From Mobula birostris (Eukaryota), in the NCBI RefSeq assembly GCF_030028105.1, contig NC_092373.1, forward strand, positions 176,739,556-176,803,555: 64,000 bases of DNA. Reading direction: 5' to 3'. Under the pieces are notes generated by a model. The model had not been told where the DNA came from. It saw nothing but the letters and a program-made list of their open reading frames with translations, and ran no database searches. Shown here one piece after another: positions 23,655 through 36,830 of this stretch (position 1 is the stretch's first letter; every line of letters starts with the position of its first letter). The translations under genes were made by a program, and so were the position numbers.

Positions 23655-23985
23655 CGACTCCATTTTTCAAAAAAAGGCATCCGTTAGTCTTGCGAGACCA
23701 TGGATCTGCACCTGGAAAGTCTTCACTCTCCAGGGCACAGGCCTGGGCAAGGTTGTATGGAAGACCAGCAGTTGCCTATGCTGCAAGTCTCCCCTCTCCA
23801 CGACACCAATGTTGTCCAAGGGAAGGGCATTAGGACCCATACAGCTTGGCACCAGTGTCGTCGCAGAGCAATGTGATTAAGTGCCTTGCTCAAGGACACA
23901 ATACGTTCCCTCGGCTGGGGCTCAAACTCATGACCTTCAGGTCGCTAGTCCAATGCCTTAACCACCTGGCCATGTGCCCACACGA
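23655..23985 (-). mobile_element. tRNA-headed SINE
   Basis: The - strand head reads 'gggcacatggccaggtggttaaggc...gagtttgagccc'; the body is shared with the 40620-40760 repeat. Confidence 0.6.
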
Positions 23986-24932
23986 CCAACTCCATACCTC
24001 CATCTGAAAGTGATTAATATCTGCAATTTATTGATAATGACCATCTTAGAATTTCAGACCAAAGATAATAATCCCATCTGCAAAAGGTAGATGTGACTTG
24101 CAACTATTTAAATGTAGTTCCTGTCCTGTTTAAATGAGGTGAAAGAATCATGGAAAAATCTGCACATTTTTAAATGCCTTGCACTTGGATTACAATTTAC
24201 CCCACATTCAAGCTACATTTGAATGCATTTAACACCGAGGTTGTTGGGTGTATTTAAGGCAGAGATTGAAAGGTTCTTGATTGAATATGGCATCAAAGGT
24301 TACAAGGAGAAAGCCAGGAACTGGGGTTGGGAAGGAAATATTAAAAAAGGATCAGCCATGATTGAATGGCAGAGCAGACTTGCTGGGCCAGATGGCCTAA
24401 TTCTGCTCCTATGCCTTATGGTCTTAATCACCAGCATCCAGAAATTAAAGTTGCCAAGAAAGATACCTGGCAATTCATGGATACAATCATTTAAAGTTTA
24501 CAAATTCCATCACACTCTCTACAGAACCATCTCCAGGACAAGCCAGTGATGCATGAGAAATTGCACGTTTTAAGTTCTGGAAATAACTACAAACTAACAC
24601 TAGCTAAAACCAGTGAAAGCTTCAGACTGGACTAAAGGATTTTTATCTATGTAACCAACTAGAAAAAGATAACATCCCAAGTCAGATTCTTTTAAGGCTA
24701 CTTATGAAATGGTGCAGGACAGACTTCAGCCCACATTATCTGCTCTGAACATGCCAAATCAAATCTCTCCTGGCTGCACATGATTGATATCTTGAAGTCA
24801 ATTAAATGTCATTATTGTACCCAACTTCCCAGGCACTTTTCCAGCAATGTTTTAGACAAGTTGAATATTACAAAAACAAAACTCCAAAGGAAAGGTCAAC
24901 AAAATTAGATCTTAGCTTCTGCAAAGAATGCA

Positions 24933-24938
24933 TTTATT
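24933..24938 (-). promoter_or_regulatory. Candidate polyadenylation signal of tspan36
   Basis: AATAAA on the - strand about 0.9 kb past the stop codon, followed by U-rich sequence. Confidence 0.5.
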
Positions 24939-25827
24939 TTTTTTTTGATTAACAAGTTGCATTTTACATGTCCATGTGAGCATTAAAACCAGGCAGAAAG
25001 CCAAGTCTCCCAGCAACAGATTCATAGCCAGGACTGATAATTGAACAAACACTAACTCCAGAAATTGTAATTAAAAGTAAGACTAGAAAAACTTTAGTCA
25101 CCAGGATCAATGGGTGGGGGGAGGGGGGGGAAGAAATCAAAAACACTGATTTCCTGAAGATGAGAGATACACAAGTACTTTAATTAAGATTCCAAACCCA
25201 AATATACTTGTAGGCAAATCAGATTGACCAATTTAGCTACAAAAATTGGAAACAGTTTTGTCTTTCATCAAGTGCAACAATTTACCCTTCACCCATGAGT
25301 AGTTAATTGCCCGCATACTTGCTGATTATTGCACATTTCAGTCACAGCAATGTGGATTTATCTGGATATTTGACAAAAACAGTAGAATAGGCAAACAAGT
25401 GCAGGTGGTCACAGTAGTCTTAAAACAGTAAATACAAAAAACAAACATAATTCCTTGGATTAGGGTCCTTTTTGAACCAAACACCATTTCCCCCCCCCCA
25501 CACCCAAAATTAACTGGAAGCAAAATGAAAAGTAAAAACATCTGGTTAGTGGTTAAATTCAGAGGTTTCGCCTTTTCCAATGCAATTTCTCCCCACCGTT
25601 TCACTTTGCTTGTAATACTACTTCTTCCAACAGCAAACAAGCACAAAGGGGAGACGTAAAATTAATCACGTTCGGCACTGAATTTAGTTTCAGATTAGCT
25701 GCGAATAGTTTAAAATGCTTTGTACCAATTCTCATTTTACACAAGGTCAGAACTAAACTGGTGCATCTAGACATTCTTCTGCTTGTTAAGTGCAGTACTT
25801 CACAAGTCTTTATGGCTTGGTTTTTCT

Positions 25828-25917
25828 TTATGCATATGTTCCACTGGATGAGATTGGCTCGTAGCCTGTATCTCGTTGTCTGCAGGCGAGCACGCAGATG
25901 CTGATCATGCCAAAAAA
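25828..25917 (-). CDS. tspan36: Tetraspanin-36 exon 7 (FFGMISICVLACRQRDTGYEPISSSGTYA*)
   Basis: Acceptor ccattccag, 90 nt including TAA; end of TM4 and the YxxΦ motif YEPI. Confidence 0.93.
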   Translation of the reverse strand, partial: FFGMISICVLACRQRDTGYEPISSSGTYA

Positions 25918-26465
25918 CTGGAATGGGAAGAAAATAGTGATTTAATATACTTCTGTAGAAGTTGAATCTTGTTTACCAGCATGCACAGGCCAGGATTAGA
26001 ACGACTAACCATTGAGTCCAGTAGTTGCAAATTGCATGCACAGTGGAGCTGCAGCATCACTGCTCCAGAGAATGACATTTGTGTGGAGTTTGCAGGCACT
26101 CTTTGTAACTACACAAGGCTTCCTTGGTGTTCTGGTTTCCTCCTGATCCTAAAGAGGCATTGGTTATGGTCATCTATAGCATGTGGCCAAGCGGTGGAGT
26201 GGGGGAAGAGTTCAGAACGTGGAAAACAAGTTAAAGGAAGAATAAACTGCAGGGAAAATTTAGAATGTGAAATGCAATTGCACCAAGTCAGCTGGACTCA
26301 TGTGGGGCAAAATAGCTAAAGTCTTTGAGAAGCATAATGAGTATCCTGATTTGACCAATACTGGATCCCCAGGAATTGTGCATTTGTGCTTACAAGTCCA
26401 TCTTACAATTCTAGGTTTCTCTTTAGAATACCATTGTAGGTTTATTAAAAAAATAAATAAATCAC

Positions 26466-26549
26466 CTGAATAATGGCAAAAATTAGGACGATCAGCACAG
26501 CATAGCTCAGAATAGATTCCAAACCCTGCTCCAACTTGGACTCACATCC
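26466..26549 (-). CDS. tspan36: Tetraspanin-36 exon 6 (GCESKLEQGLESILSYAVLIVLIFAIIQ)
   Basis: ccctag acceptor and gtgatt donor, 84 nt, phase 0; conserved GC of the large extracellular loop. Confidence 0.93.
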
Positions 26550-27348
26550 CTAGGGGGAAAATGAAGACAGTTAATGAACCCAAAGAACAGAAGTGTGTCT
26601 CCTGCCCCCCGCCCCCAAGAAAAGCATGCCATCTAACTGAAAAAAATAGCCTTATTCCTGTTAGGTCACCTCCAACTTTAGAATGTCTCAAGCCCCAGTT
26701 AGTTATTTGAAAACATCCCATATTTCCTTCTGCTGTCCTCAATGCCCGTTCTCCATTGGAACACCATGAATATTTGGCACAATGAACCACTGAATTGCAC
26801 AAAAATGCCTCCACAATGAAGTTCCCTTATTCCTGTTAACCATCTGCCAGTTCACTCACTTTAAAAACATTTCCTGAATCTCACAATACCAATCACCTCC
26901 CGACCTTAGTCTTCTGGACAGGTTTCTATCTTTTAAATTTGTACACTTATAAAATAATGTTACAAGGCAGTTTTGTCAAATTAAAATAGCCAATGCACAC
27001 TAAAACAAACTTACTGAAAGACCTCAAAACATGTCCACTTTTAAGTGTGCAGACCTTCCCCCCCACCCCCCCCAAAAGAACTACTGAGAATAATGTTGAG
27101 AATTTAGTTCCAATTTTAGATTTCTACTATTTGTGGATTAATTTTACGTTTAGCTCTAGTAACAGATTGTTCTGGGTCTACCTAAAATCTTTGCATTAGA
27201 TGATCCCTCCCATTCAAGGTTAAGCTGGTAGCAGTGGGTTGTGAAGAGTATGACCAAGATTCTAGGGCCTGACACTAGGTCCATGGATAAGGACATAGAT
27301 CACCAAATGGGTAAAACTTAAAGTCTTCCTATAATTTTATTTATATAC

Positions 27349-27350
<2 letters not shown>

Positions 27351-27412
<62 letters not shown>

Positions 27413-27424
27413 CACACACACACA
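27351..27424. repeat. (TG)28 microsatellite followed by TATATA(CA)6
   Basis: Directly visible in the sequence. Confidence 0.97.
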
Positions 27425-28462
27425 GTGTATATACAAATTAAAAACTACTAGAAATGGTATGTAATTGGTATAGTTTTAGTGTTCAGACACACAGGTGTCA
27501 TCAAATCACTGGGCATACAAGTACAGCATGCAACTGGAAAGGCAATTATCTGTTACAAAATCTGAGTACAAAAGATATCTTGCTCCAGTTATCAAGACCT
27601 GGTAAGCCCACATCTGGTGGTGTGAACAGATCTGAACTCCCCATTTTAAGCAAATTGTTCCTACATAGAGGGAAAGAAGGTTCATCAGATGAATTCCTGG
27701 ATAGGCAGGGCATCCTACAAGATCAGGTATACTGGGTCTATGCTTGAGAATGAGGCAAACTTCAGTGTACACATGGCTGATCAGACTAGACAAAGGAAGG
27801 TGGATGCCTCACGGGGTTAATCAGAACCAGTGATCAGTCATTTAAGACAGATAAGATTTTCCAGATAGAAATCAGCACTATGGGGCAAGTATAGAAAGGT
27901 GTTGCTAAAATTAAAGATAAGCTGTGATATTATCAAATGCTGTAGCACGCATGAGGATGAAGAGACACAGCTTACTGACTCCATTTCTCATTAATAGTCT
28001 GGTAGGTTACCCATAGGCACAAGGTATGAAATATAGAGGTTTCCTACTTTGAGAGGGAGACAAGCCCCTTCAATGATACATGGGCACTCTGGTTCCAAAA
28101 TAACGTAGCTAGTTCAGGTGGTTTTCCCCAATAGCACACCTTCACACCAATGTTAGATCTAGCAATGACAGCAAGGCACCTTAAGATAATACTCAGATGT
28201 GTTACTTGGAACTAGAAAGGATTGGGAAGTCATAGATTGTAATACTTGTTTGAAAATAAAATCAGTACAATGGACAGCAAAGGAGAAGCAGGATTTCATA
28301 AGGCATTTGATTCTTCAAATTGGGCAGATTCAAATTACATAGCAATTTTTTTTTTTTTTAAAAAGTCTATCTGCTTTGGTTGAAATCAGGTTTTAAGCTG
28401 TTCTCAAACTCTCCAAAACCATTTCACTCATTCTATTTAAAAAGAAAACCATAAACATATTT

Positions 28463-28675
28463 AAAAATGCAAACAAGAGGAATTCTGCAGATGCTGGAAA
28501 TTCAAGCAACACACATCAAAGTTGCTGGTGAACGCAGCAGGCCAGGCAGCATCTCTAGGAAGAGGTACAGTCGACGTTTCAGGACGAATGGTCTCGTCCT
28601 GAAACGTCGACTGTACCTCTTCCTAGAGATGCTGCCTGGCCTGCTGCATTTACCAGCAACTTTGATGTGTGTTGC
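28463..28675. mobile_element. Penelope-derived fold-back insertion
   Basis: 82-bp stem (28506-28587 paired with 28594-28675) with a 6-nt loop; flanking direct repeat CATAAACATATTT at 28450-28462 and 28675-28687. Confidence 0.88.
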
Positions 28676-28752
28676 ATAAACATATTTGTATGCTCAAACT
28701 GTTGCAACCAGTCCTGGTGGGAGGAAGTTGATGCTGGAAGTTTGCAACCTAC

Positions 28753-28899
28753 TGCAGTATTGAGTAGCTCAAGGTCACTCAGGCTGCCTGTGCAGTTAGA
28801 GAATCCAGTCTTGCAGCAGCTGAGGGGCACAGTGTTGTTCTTTTTGAACCATGCAGTGTGTTCCCAGTAGGTATAGTTCCAAACTCCACAGCAATGCAT
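28753..28899 (-). CDS. tspan36: Tetraspanin-36 exon 5 (MHCCG...VPLSCC...LLNTA)
   Basis: CCG and PxSCC tetraspanin motifs; ttcag acceptor and gtaggt donor; 147 nt. Confidence 0.93.
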
Positions 28900-28983
28900 C
28901 TGAAGGACAAATACATTGAAACCATTAGGAGCAATTTTATTCTTAATGCATTCAGAGTCAGAGCAAGTGTTTCAAAATTTAAA

Positions 28984-30300
28984 CAGCAGATTCCAGTTAA
29001 TTGAGTCATCAGTTAATCTGGGGAGCCACTTATGTGGGACAACTCTTAAAGAATGAAAACCAATCCTGAAAACAGCCAGGATTTCCTTTGTTTATCTGAG
29101 ACACCATGCCACTTAACTGGGGCAGGAAACTGTTGCGAAACATTTCCTAACTCAGTTGTATCCATATCATGGGGCCCAATAGACACCACACCGTGCTGAG
29201 AGTGAACTGTTTTTAAATAGCATCCATTTTTATTCAAAAAGGTGAGATTTTTTGTCACTGATAGTTGGTGAGACATAAGCAGTTAGATAATTCAGAACTA
29301 TCTTGTTCACTGTAGTTTCAAGCATTCAGACTTTGAGATGCCAGAAATGGCTGGAATTGAAAATTAAACTATCACTTCAAGTTAGGAAGTAAGTAGTAAG
29401 GTATTGACAATCATCTTAAATTCCTTCAGTCCCCACTGGACACTCAGCTCTCGCCTGTGGCACCAAGTAGCTCTTTGCATGCGACAGCAGCTACACCCTG
29501 GAACACTGCTTTGATGGGCAGAAAAACCAGGTGAGAGCAACAGCAAGTCTCATACCCCGGTGAGGTAGGGACATACCTGTCCTGGCAGAAGAGGTTAGGA
29601 ATGGCAGGTGGCAGACTACCAGGGTGGGGTTGGCATGGGTGCACCAAGCCCCAAGACACCAGGCAAGGTCACTTGATTCCCAAAAAAATCAGTTTATTGA
29701 TCATTACAGAATGTCCCTCTGGTGCTGCCCTTCCTCCCCCACCCCCACTATGATTTAACCTCTCTCTGCCCCCTTCCCACTTTCAGTCCACAGTAGAGAC
29801 CCACATCAGAATTAGCTTTATCACTCACACGATTTTTTTCCTGCAGCAGCAGTACAGTACAACACAAAGTTACTACAGAACCATGCAAAAGTCTAGGCAC
29901 CCTAGCTATATAGATGTGCCCAAGATTTTACAGTACTGTACCTGGAGAGCAAAAGGCATGACAAGGCACACAAGCAGTCGTGATCATCCACTGCAACCAG
30001 AGAAGAGACCAGTTGTGTCATCTATTTGTACCACTGGGCCCAGACTGAGGTTGAGAGTGGACCTGCCCATGTAATGGCATCTCCGCTTCAGGTTTCCTGT
30101 CATCGTTGGATACCACGGGTGGCTACCAGGAACATTGGTAGTGTTCCGAGTTGTTCTGCATTTCATTTAAGTACATCATTTGTTGCTCAGTTACATTGTA
30201 GTTTGTCTTTTTAACTATTTCCACGAAACTTCAGCTAACTGGGGCAACCACTTAATTGGGCCAAAAATGTACTGATCCTAATTAACCAGAATTCACTGTA
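28984..30300. mobile_element. Old TIR element (Tc1/pogo-like) with nested inserts
   Basis: Imperfect inverted ends 'cagcagattccagttaatt' and 'aattaaccagaattcactg|ta', with repeated subterminal 'cagttaat.tgggg' motifs. Confidence 0.5.
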
Positions 30301-31475
30301 CCTGCATTTAACAGCAATGACTCTTGAATGTGAATACATCAGCCAAGCCCAATTCTTATGGTCTGATCACACTGACAGTAGGCCAGGTGTTCACACTGAT
30401 AGCTATGCCTCATTTCTAGTGTTGCGGGTAAAAGTACCTGACACCCTGTGGATCAGATAATGCACCCAGACTTTCCTGCTGATAAATTCTAGTCTGCCTC
30501 AAATTAATGTATCCAAACCCTCCATGGTCAATTATCCATCAAAATGGAGCCAATGGCCATCAAGAAAATTTGTGTTTTAATTTGCACGTTAAATTGATTT
30601 TAAACAAATTGCACTTGGCTAGTTGATATCAAACCAATTGTTTCTTCATGATCAGACATTTAGATATACAGTGCCAAACTATCAGAGGCCTTCAGTACAT
30701 CTACAGGCAGGACCCCAGGCACTCTGGTTTCTACACCTTGTGAAAAAGATGAGCAGGAACGCAAGGGCAATGTGACCACACATCATCTTGACGCGAAGGG
30801 AGATCAAAGGACAAATAGAACTTGTCTCTGCCACATTTGCTCAAAACGCTGGTTACGTGATTGTGGATGTTGTTGGGGGAAAAAAAAATGGTTGTAGACT
30901 TCTCCCTCTTGCTCCCTGCAAGCTTTATTTCAGTCTTTAATCAAACTAAAAACACAGCAAACATCAGATTATATCCAAGTCAACATTTATCAAGCGTCTT
31001 CAAGAAATGCTTAACTTTGTCATCCTAGTTACTGTGAGTAACCTGAAAGACATCACTGAACTTCTAAACAGTTTGCAGAGGGGAATCTTGAATGCTTGAA
31101 CAAAACAAACTTCTGTAGATGCCTGGCAATATTAACTTCACAGGTCAGCAAGTTATTGCTGTGCCTACACCGGCCCTCAAAGCAGGATTAGAACTCACGA
31201 GAGAAACTCAATCTAATGCTGTATGTTGTCCTTTGAAGGGTAACATTTGAGCTTCCATTGTGCACATGTTTGAACTTCAAACATTTGCAGTGGATAACTC
31301 AGCCTTTGTAGCAGACAGGAGTAGATTGCACAAAATGAAAGGCATCAAACAAATGGCCAAGGTTAATTTTTTGGATTTAAGAGGGTTCAGGGCAAAATTA
31401 TTGTAGTTAATAAACTTGTAATGCGAGTTGGGGGGGGGGGTCATCTGTATTTTTAATTGTAGAATTCCACATTAC

Positions 31476-31571
31476 CTGCATCTGCAAGGTGTCCACGGTC
31501 CCGCTTTCTATATTTTTCCCATTATACTTCCCAAAGGTGAAAGACATGGACTTCTGCACACTTTCATGGAC
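31476..31571 (-). CDS. tspan36: Tetraspanin-36 exon 4 (VHESVQKSMSFTFGKYNGKNIESGTVDTLQMQ)
   Basis: ttgcag acceptor and gtaatg donor; 96 nt, phase 0. Confidence 0.9.
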
Positions 31572-32705
31572 CTGCAAGAAGAAAGTCAATTAATCTCCCA
31601 TCTCCAGTGGGGGAGGAGGGGTGCAAGCTGAATCACCCCACTCTTTCCATATACAAACAACTGGAGCACAGGAAGTCTTTCACCATAGTATTATTCCATA
31701 TTGACCTTCTTGGGAAATTAAAGTGACTGAATGGTTAAAACAAGACATTTTATATTCTTGGCAGAATACGTTTTGTACTTATCAGTACAACAGTTTAATT
31801 ACATCAGTTTTCTTCTGTGCCCTTGACTATTACAAAAATCCTCTGTTACTATTGCAAGACTCCTCTTTAAATACACAGAACATTAGCCGCTTGCCATTTG
31901 ACCCATCAAACCCATTTCATTTCAAAGGCATTATCTGCCGCCTTAGCATTATCCCCATAGTCATCAATTCCCTCAATATCTGGGAGTCATCCTTCTGTCT
32001 GAATGCACTTATTACACCTCCACAGCTCTCCAAGAGTTTCTCACCCACTGATCCTCACCACCCCAATTCTGATACCAACCACTAGTTTCAAACTCTTCAG
32101 CTAGGGGGAAAAACATCCTGCTAATCCCTACAACAGTTTTTAAAAGCTCCTATTCTCCTAAATATTGAGAATGCAGGCCTACTCTGCTCAATCTTCCCTT
32201 GCATAATAAACCTGCACTGCCCTTCTTCCAAGTATAGCCTCGACTAAAAACCATATACCCTTTCCCAGGTGCAGAATCACCACGGCCCTATAAAATTGCA
32301 ATACAAAAATCAGTCAAGACCAGTGTTCCATTTGCCAAATTACGTACTGCACTCACTTGCTGGCTGTGAGTTGTGTACAAGGATCTTTGCACACATCTCA
32401 CCGTAAGGGTGCATTTCTGTCATTCCTAATAAACCTGCTCGTTCCTCCCAACTCCTGACCAAATCTGCCAGCTTCTCACCTACCTAGCTCCTGTCTTCAA
32501 TTTCAACTTCGTTTGCATTAAGTTTGAAACACTAATTCACCCAAAAATTTGATACAGAAATTGTTAACTCTGCTCCTTACCCCTAACAAACCCCAGTATT
32601 CACTGCAGTATTCCACCAGTTCTAGACATGAGGCGATTCACTATGCCTCATAACTGAATAGTTTTCATTTGGCAGTGATTTGGTTACATTTGCTCTTACT
32701 TGTAC

Positions 32706-32780
32706 CTGTTTCCTGTAGATGAATCCCAGGACAAAGACCGACACCTCTGCAGCAAAGATGACCAGGAGGATGAACAGAAA
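32706..32780 (-). CDS. tspan36: Tetraspanin-36 exon 3 (FLFILLVIFAAEVSVFVLGFIYRKQ)
   Basis: cttag acceptor and gtacaa donor; 75 nt; TM3 with the conserved Glu. Confidence 0.93.
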
Positions 32781-33959
32781 CTAAGAAGAATAACCACAGT
32801 TTAGTAATCTTCATTATAACTTTTGCTCAGCACTTTCAAACAAGTGGAAACAAGCATCCATGCTAAAGATAGGGAGAAAGGCACCTCTCCGAAGTACATT
32901 TTGGCGAATTAATTGATAATCTAAAAACCCTGCACCTCAGTTAGCTACCTCTTGAATGGCAAGGCATTACAACCCAACATTTGCAAGTGGCCACAAGCAA
33001 CTGGCAATAGAAATGGAGTTACAATGGCAAAGTTTTTAATCTACCTTTTGGCATTTCCACAGGGAACAGCTATAAAGAGGGTTGTGAACAGATTTTTTTT
33101 TCCAAAAAAAACTTGGAATGGGCTGTCTGCTCAGTATTCATAGTGAACAAGCCTATTCGTTAAAAGATGAGTAAAACAAGATCTTGACTCATGAAGTTCA
33201 TGAGACCTTAAAGTATACAGATGCAAGACATTAAGGAATGTCATAACTTCTCTTTTTCAAGGATCAGCAAAACTGTTTCAGTTGGCAAAGTCCTGACTCT
33301 CAAGATATTCAGAAACAAGTGAGACTAGTTCAGTGTAAGTGAAAATTCCTCCCTATACATCTATTAAGAACTAGTTATTTCAGAATTATGTGCCAAGATT
33401 TAAAAAAGCACAACCGGCTTTCTTGATTATACAAGTGTGAACAGTCAGCAAGCTCGCCGGACTCCAGTCCTCGGACCAGAATGGTAATCGGTGCCAAGAA
33501 CCAGTTCTCCAGGCCAGTCATCGTAAATTGGTGTCTTCAATGTGCAGAAGAGCACGAGGCCTGCTAAGTTATCAGTTATTCTATACTATTTTAGACCTTG
33601 TTTTGTTAATCCCTTAGAAGGGCATGGGACTGTTTCATTGTTTTAGACTTGGTGCTGTGCACATCTTTACATGTTTTTATATATTCTAAAATACCCTGCA
33701 GCAACATTGGAGTGTTCTTTCTCCCACATTGATCCAAATCTTCAACGTACATACAATTCCCTTACAACAGCAAGGTAGGCCCACACTCCCACCTTAAAGA
33801 GTGTTATGGCTCCAACATAAAGTCTTGGAAATTAAATCTTCCCACCAAGCCTATTGGAGTGAGTGATTCTTAAAAAAAAACACAGCAGGGTCAGATGACC
33901 AGTAGCTCAAAGCAAGTTCAAAATAAATTAAAATAAGCATGTTTTACTAAATACTGCTT

Positions 33960-34700
33960 TGAGATTCGTTATCCTACAGGCATTTACAGGGAAACTAAAA
34001 AATAGGATTTACAAAATCCTATATATGAAGAGAGTGACAAACAACCAATACGCAAAAGGCAACAATTTGTGCAAATAAAAAGTGACAAGTTGTAGAATCA
34101 GTTCAGGAAAGGGGTGAGTGAAGTTATCCACGCTGGTTCAGGACCCTGATCGTTGTAGGGTAATAACTATCCCTGAACCAGGAACCCAAGGCTCTGCACC
34201 TCCTATGCAATGGCCTGGATGGTTGTGGGGGGTCTTTGATGATGGATGCTGCTTTCTTATAGTAGCATTCCATGTAAATATGCTTAATGGTGGGGAGGGC
34301 TTTACCTGTGATGGACTGAGCTGGGTAGTCTCTTTTCTGTTCCTGGGTATTGGTGTTTCCATACCAGGCTGATGCAACCAGTTAGGATGCTCCCTGCTAT
34401 GCATCCTTTGAAGTTTGTCAATGACTTTTGGCGAGATGTCAAATCCACACAAACTAAGAAAGAGGCATCTCTGCACCATTGCGATGGCATTTATGTACTG
34501 ATCTCAGGTCAGATTTTAATATGATAATGCCAAAGGAATTTAAAGCTACTGACTCTCCCCACTTCTAATCTACCCCCCCACCCCGCAATAAGACCTGGCT
34601 CGTTGACCTCCAGTTTCTTCCTCCTGTTGATAATCAGATCTTCAGTTTTGCTGATGTTGAGGTCATTGAGCAAGTTCCCATTGGTATTAGATGGCAAGAA
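33960..34700 (-). mobile_element. Degenerate Rex1/Babar-type 3' fragment
   Basis: LNISKT..LII and VSSFKFL remnants. Confidence 0.6.
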
Positions 34701-36199
34701 TCAGAGCTCATCTGAACTGTAATAAGCCTCTGCCTTGGCCAAAAACCTGCCATGAAATAAAATAATTCCCTATTTGCATGGTTAGATGTTTCTGAGGGGA
34801 GAAGGGCCAGGGAGGAACAACTCTTGGAGTGACCCAAAAGCCATCAAGGTCCCCCACCAGCCAGGACATACTCTTCTCACTAGTGCCATTAGAAATGGCT
34901 TTCTGCTCTTGGACTTTTGAAAAACGGGTCAGGATAAGTGCCATCTTCTCTGCCATAATTGATGATGTGCACCCTCTCCCAGAATAGATGGTCCCCAGAC
35001 CTCACTTCAGCATCCAAAATTTGGCACTTGTACCATCTCCAATAGATTCCAGCACCTGCATCTTCCCTCTACCACCATTCTGCAGGGCCCACTGAGTGTA
35101 CCTGGTCCACTCATTCCTCCTGACTACATCCCTTAAAACAGGAGATCTAACACTCGTCCTTACACCCTCCTCCCTCACCACTTGCAGCCTGGTCAATTGC
35201 ATTCAGTGCCTGCAATGTAACCCCCTCACTTTACAGGCAAGAACAAGTGTCGGGAAGGCAACCACTCTGCAGAGCATCTGAACTCTTATCTAAATGTTCT
35301 GGTTGTACGGTGTTGCAGCTAGCATTGCAACCTGCCTTCTCTCCTGCTACAGAGGGGTCAAACACAAGCAAGAACAATTCATATTCTTGCCTAGCCTGAG
35401 TTCATCCAGCATTGTGTGTTCCTTAGATATCCAACATCTACAGATTTTGTGTTTGTAATCTCGTATTCCATTTAGATAGCCTACATCCCAATGGTACAAG
35501 TATTAAATCAGCTTTTCACACTACCAGTTCAAGGTTCACTTTTTTTATTCCCTCCTGCCCCTTGCTATCAAGGCCCACTCTCCTATCACCCACATATACC
35601 TGGTTTATTCTTTTCCACCACTCCCTCATGCACCAAAGAATCTGGCTGTACCTTACATCTAAACGTTTAAAATTTATAGGCCTCTTTTCCACCAGGGTGG
35701 GAGTGTCAAACACCAAAGGAATAGATTCAGGTTGATACAAGGAATGTTAATATAAGATTTAATAGTTTCAAAATGTGTCATTGTATTAACAATCTGAAGG
35801 TGTGCTGGGGCAGCTCGTAACTGCTGCCACACATTCTGGTGCCAACGTAGTAACATGTTGACAACGTTCAGAACAAATCAATCAACATTCAACGACAACA
35901 AAACAAACCGCTTTCCAACACCACCACCCCCCCCCCCCCCCACCCAAACTCCAGGGCAGGCCACTGATCTCCAGACAGCAGCTTCGGACTCACCAACTTT
36001 GGGCTACCAACCTCTAGACTTGGTAAGTGTGGGGAAAATTGCTGCCCCCTCACCTCTGGATCCTTTCCCCAACTCTACATTTACTGCCCCTAACCCCCCC
36101 CCATCCTTGGCTCTGCTCCTAATCTAACCCCTAAACTTCCCATAATGTCCCTAAAATCCATCCCCATGAACCAAACCCACCCCACCCCCCCACAAGGCT

Positions 36200-36830
36200 G
36201 TGGAACACAATGCTGGAGAAACTCAGCAGGTCAGGCAGCATCCATGGAGATGAACAAACAGTTGACGTTTCAGGCTGAGACTCTTCTTCAGGACTGGAAG
36301 GGAGGAAAGATGCCAGAATAGAGGAGTGGGGAGAGGAAAATGATAGTTAGAATGTGATTGAAACCAGACGTGTGAGAAAGGTAAAGGACTCTGATGAGAG
36401 GAAAGTGGACCACAGGAGAAAGGGAAGGTGGAGGGGCACCAGGGGAAGGTGACAGGCAATTGAGGAGAGACAAGAGGCCAGAGTGGAAAAAAGGGGGGGG
36501 GGGGGGGAGGAATTATTATTAAACCAGAAGGAGAAATTGATATTCATGCCAAGCTGGTGTCTACCCAGACACAATACAAGGCATTGCTCCTCCACCTTGA
36601 GGGTGGCCTCATCATGGCACAAGAGGTGGCTACAGACTGGCATATGGAAATGGGAATCAGAATTAAAATGTTAGGCCACTTATGGCAGATGGGGTGGAGG
36701 TGCTCAACAAAGTGACTCCAATTTACAACTGACTCACAATTTAGACTAGGCCTCATTGGGAGCACCAGACTCAATTGCCTCACCTGAAAGGACTATTTGG
36801 GGCCCTGAATGGTGGTGAGGGAAGAAATTT
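36200..36830 (-). mobile_element. Penelope-like element 3' part (GIY-YIG tail and terminal repeat with a hammerhead motif)
   Basis: CHDEATLKVEEQCL..CLG..Q.GMNINFSFW; hammerhead-like core at 36259-36296. Confidence 0.8.

Noticed and set aside
27506-27793. ORF containing 'GC' as a candidate tetraspanin exon 6
   Set aside because: No TM4-like segment; the true exon 6 at 26466-26549 fits in phase and sequence.
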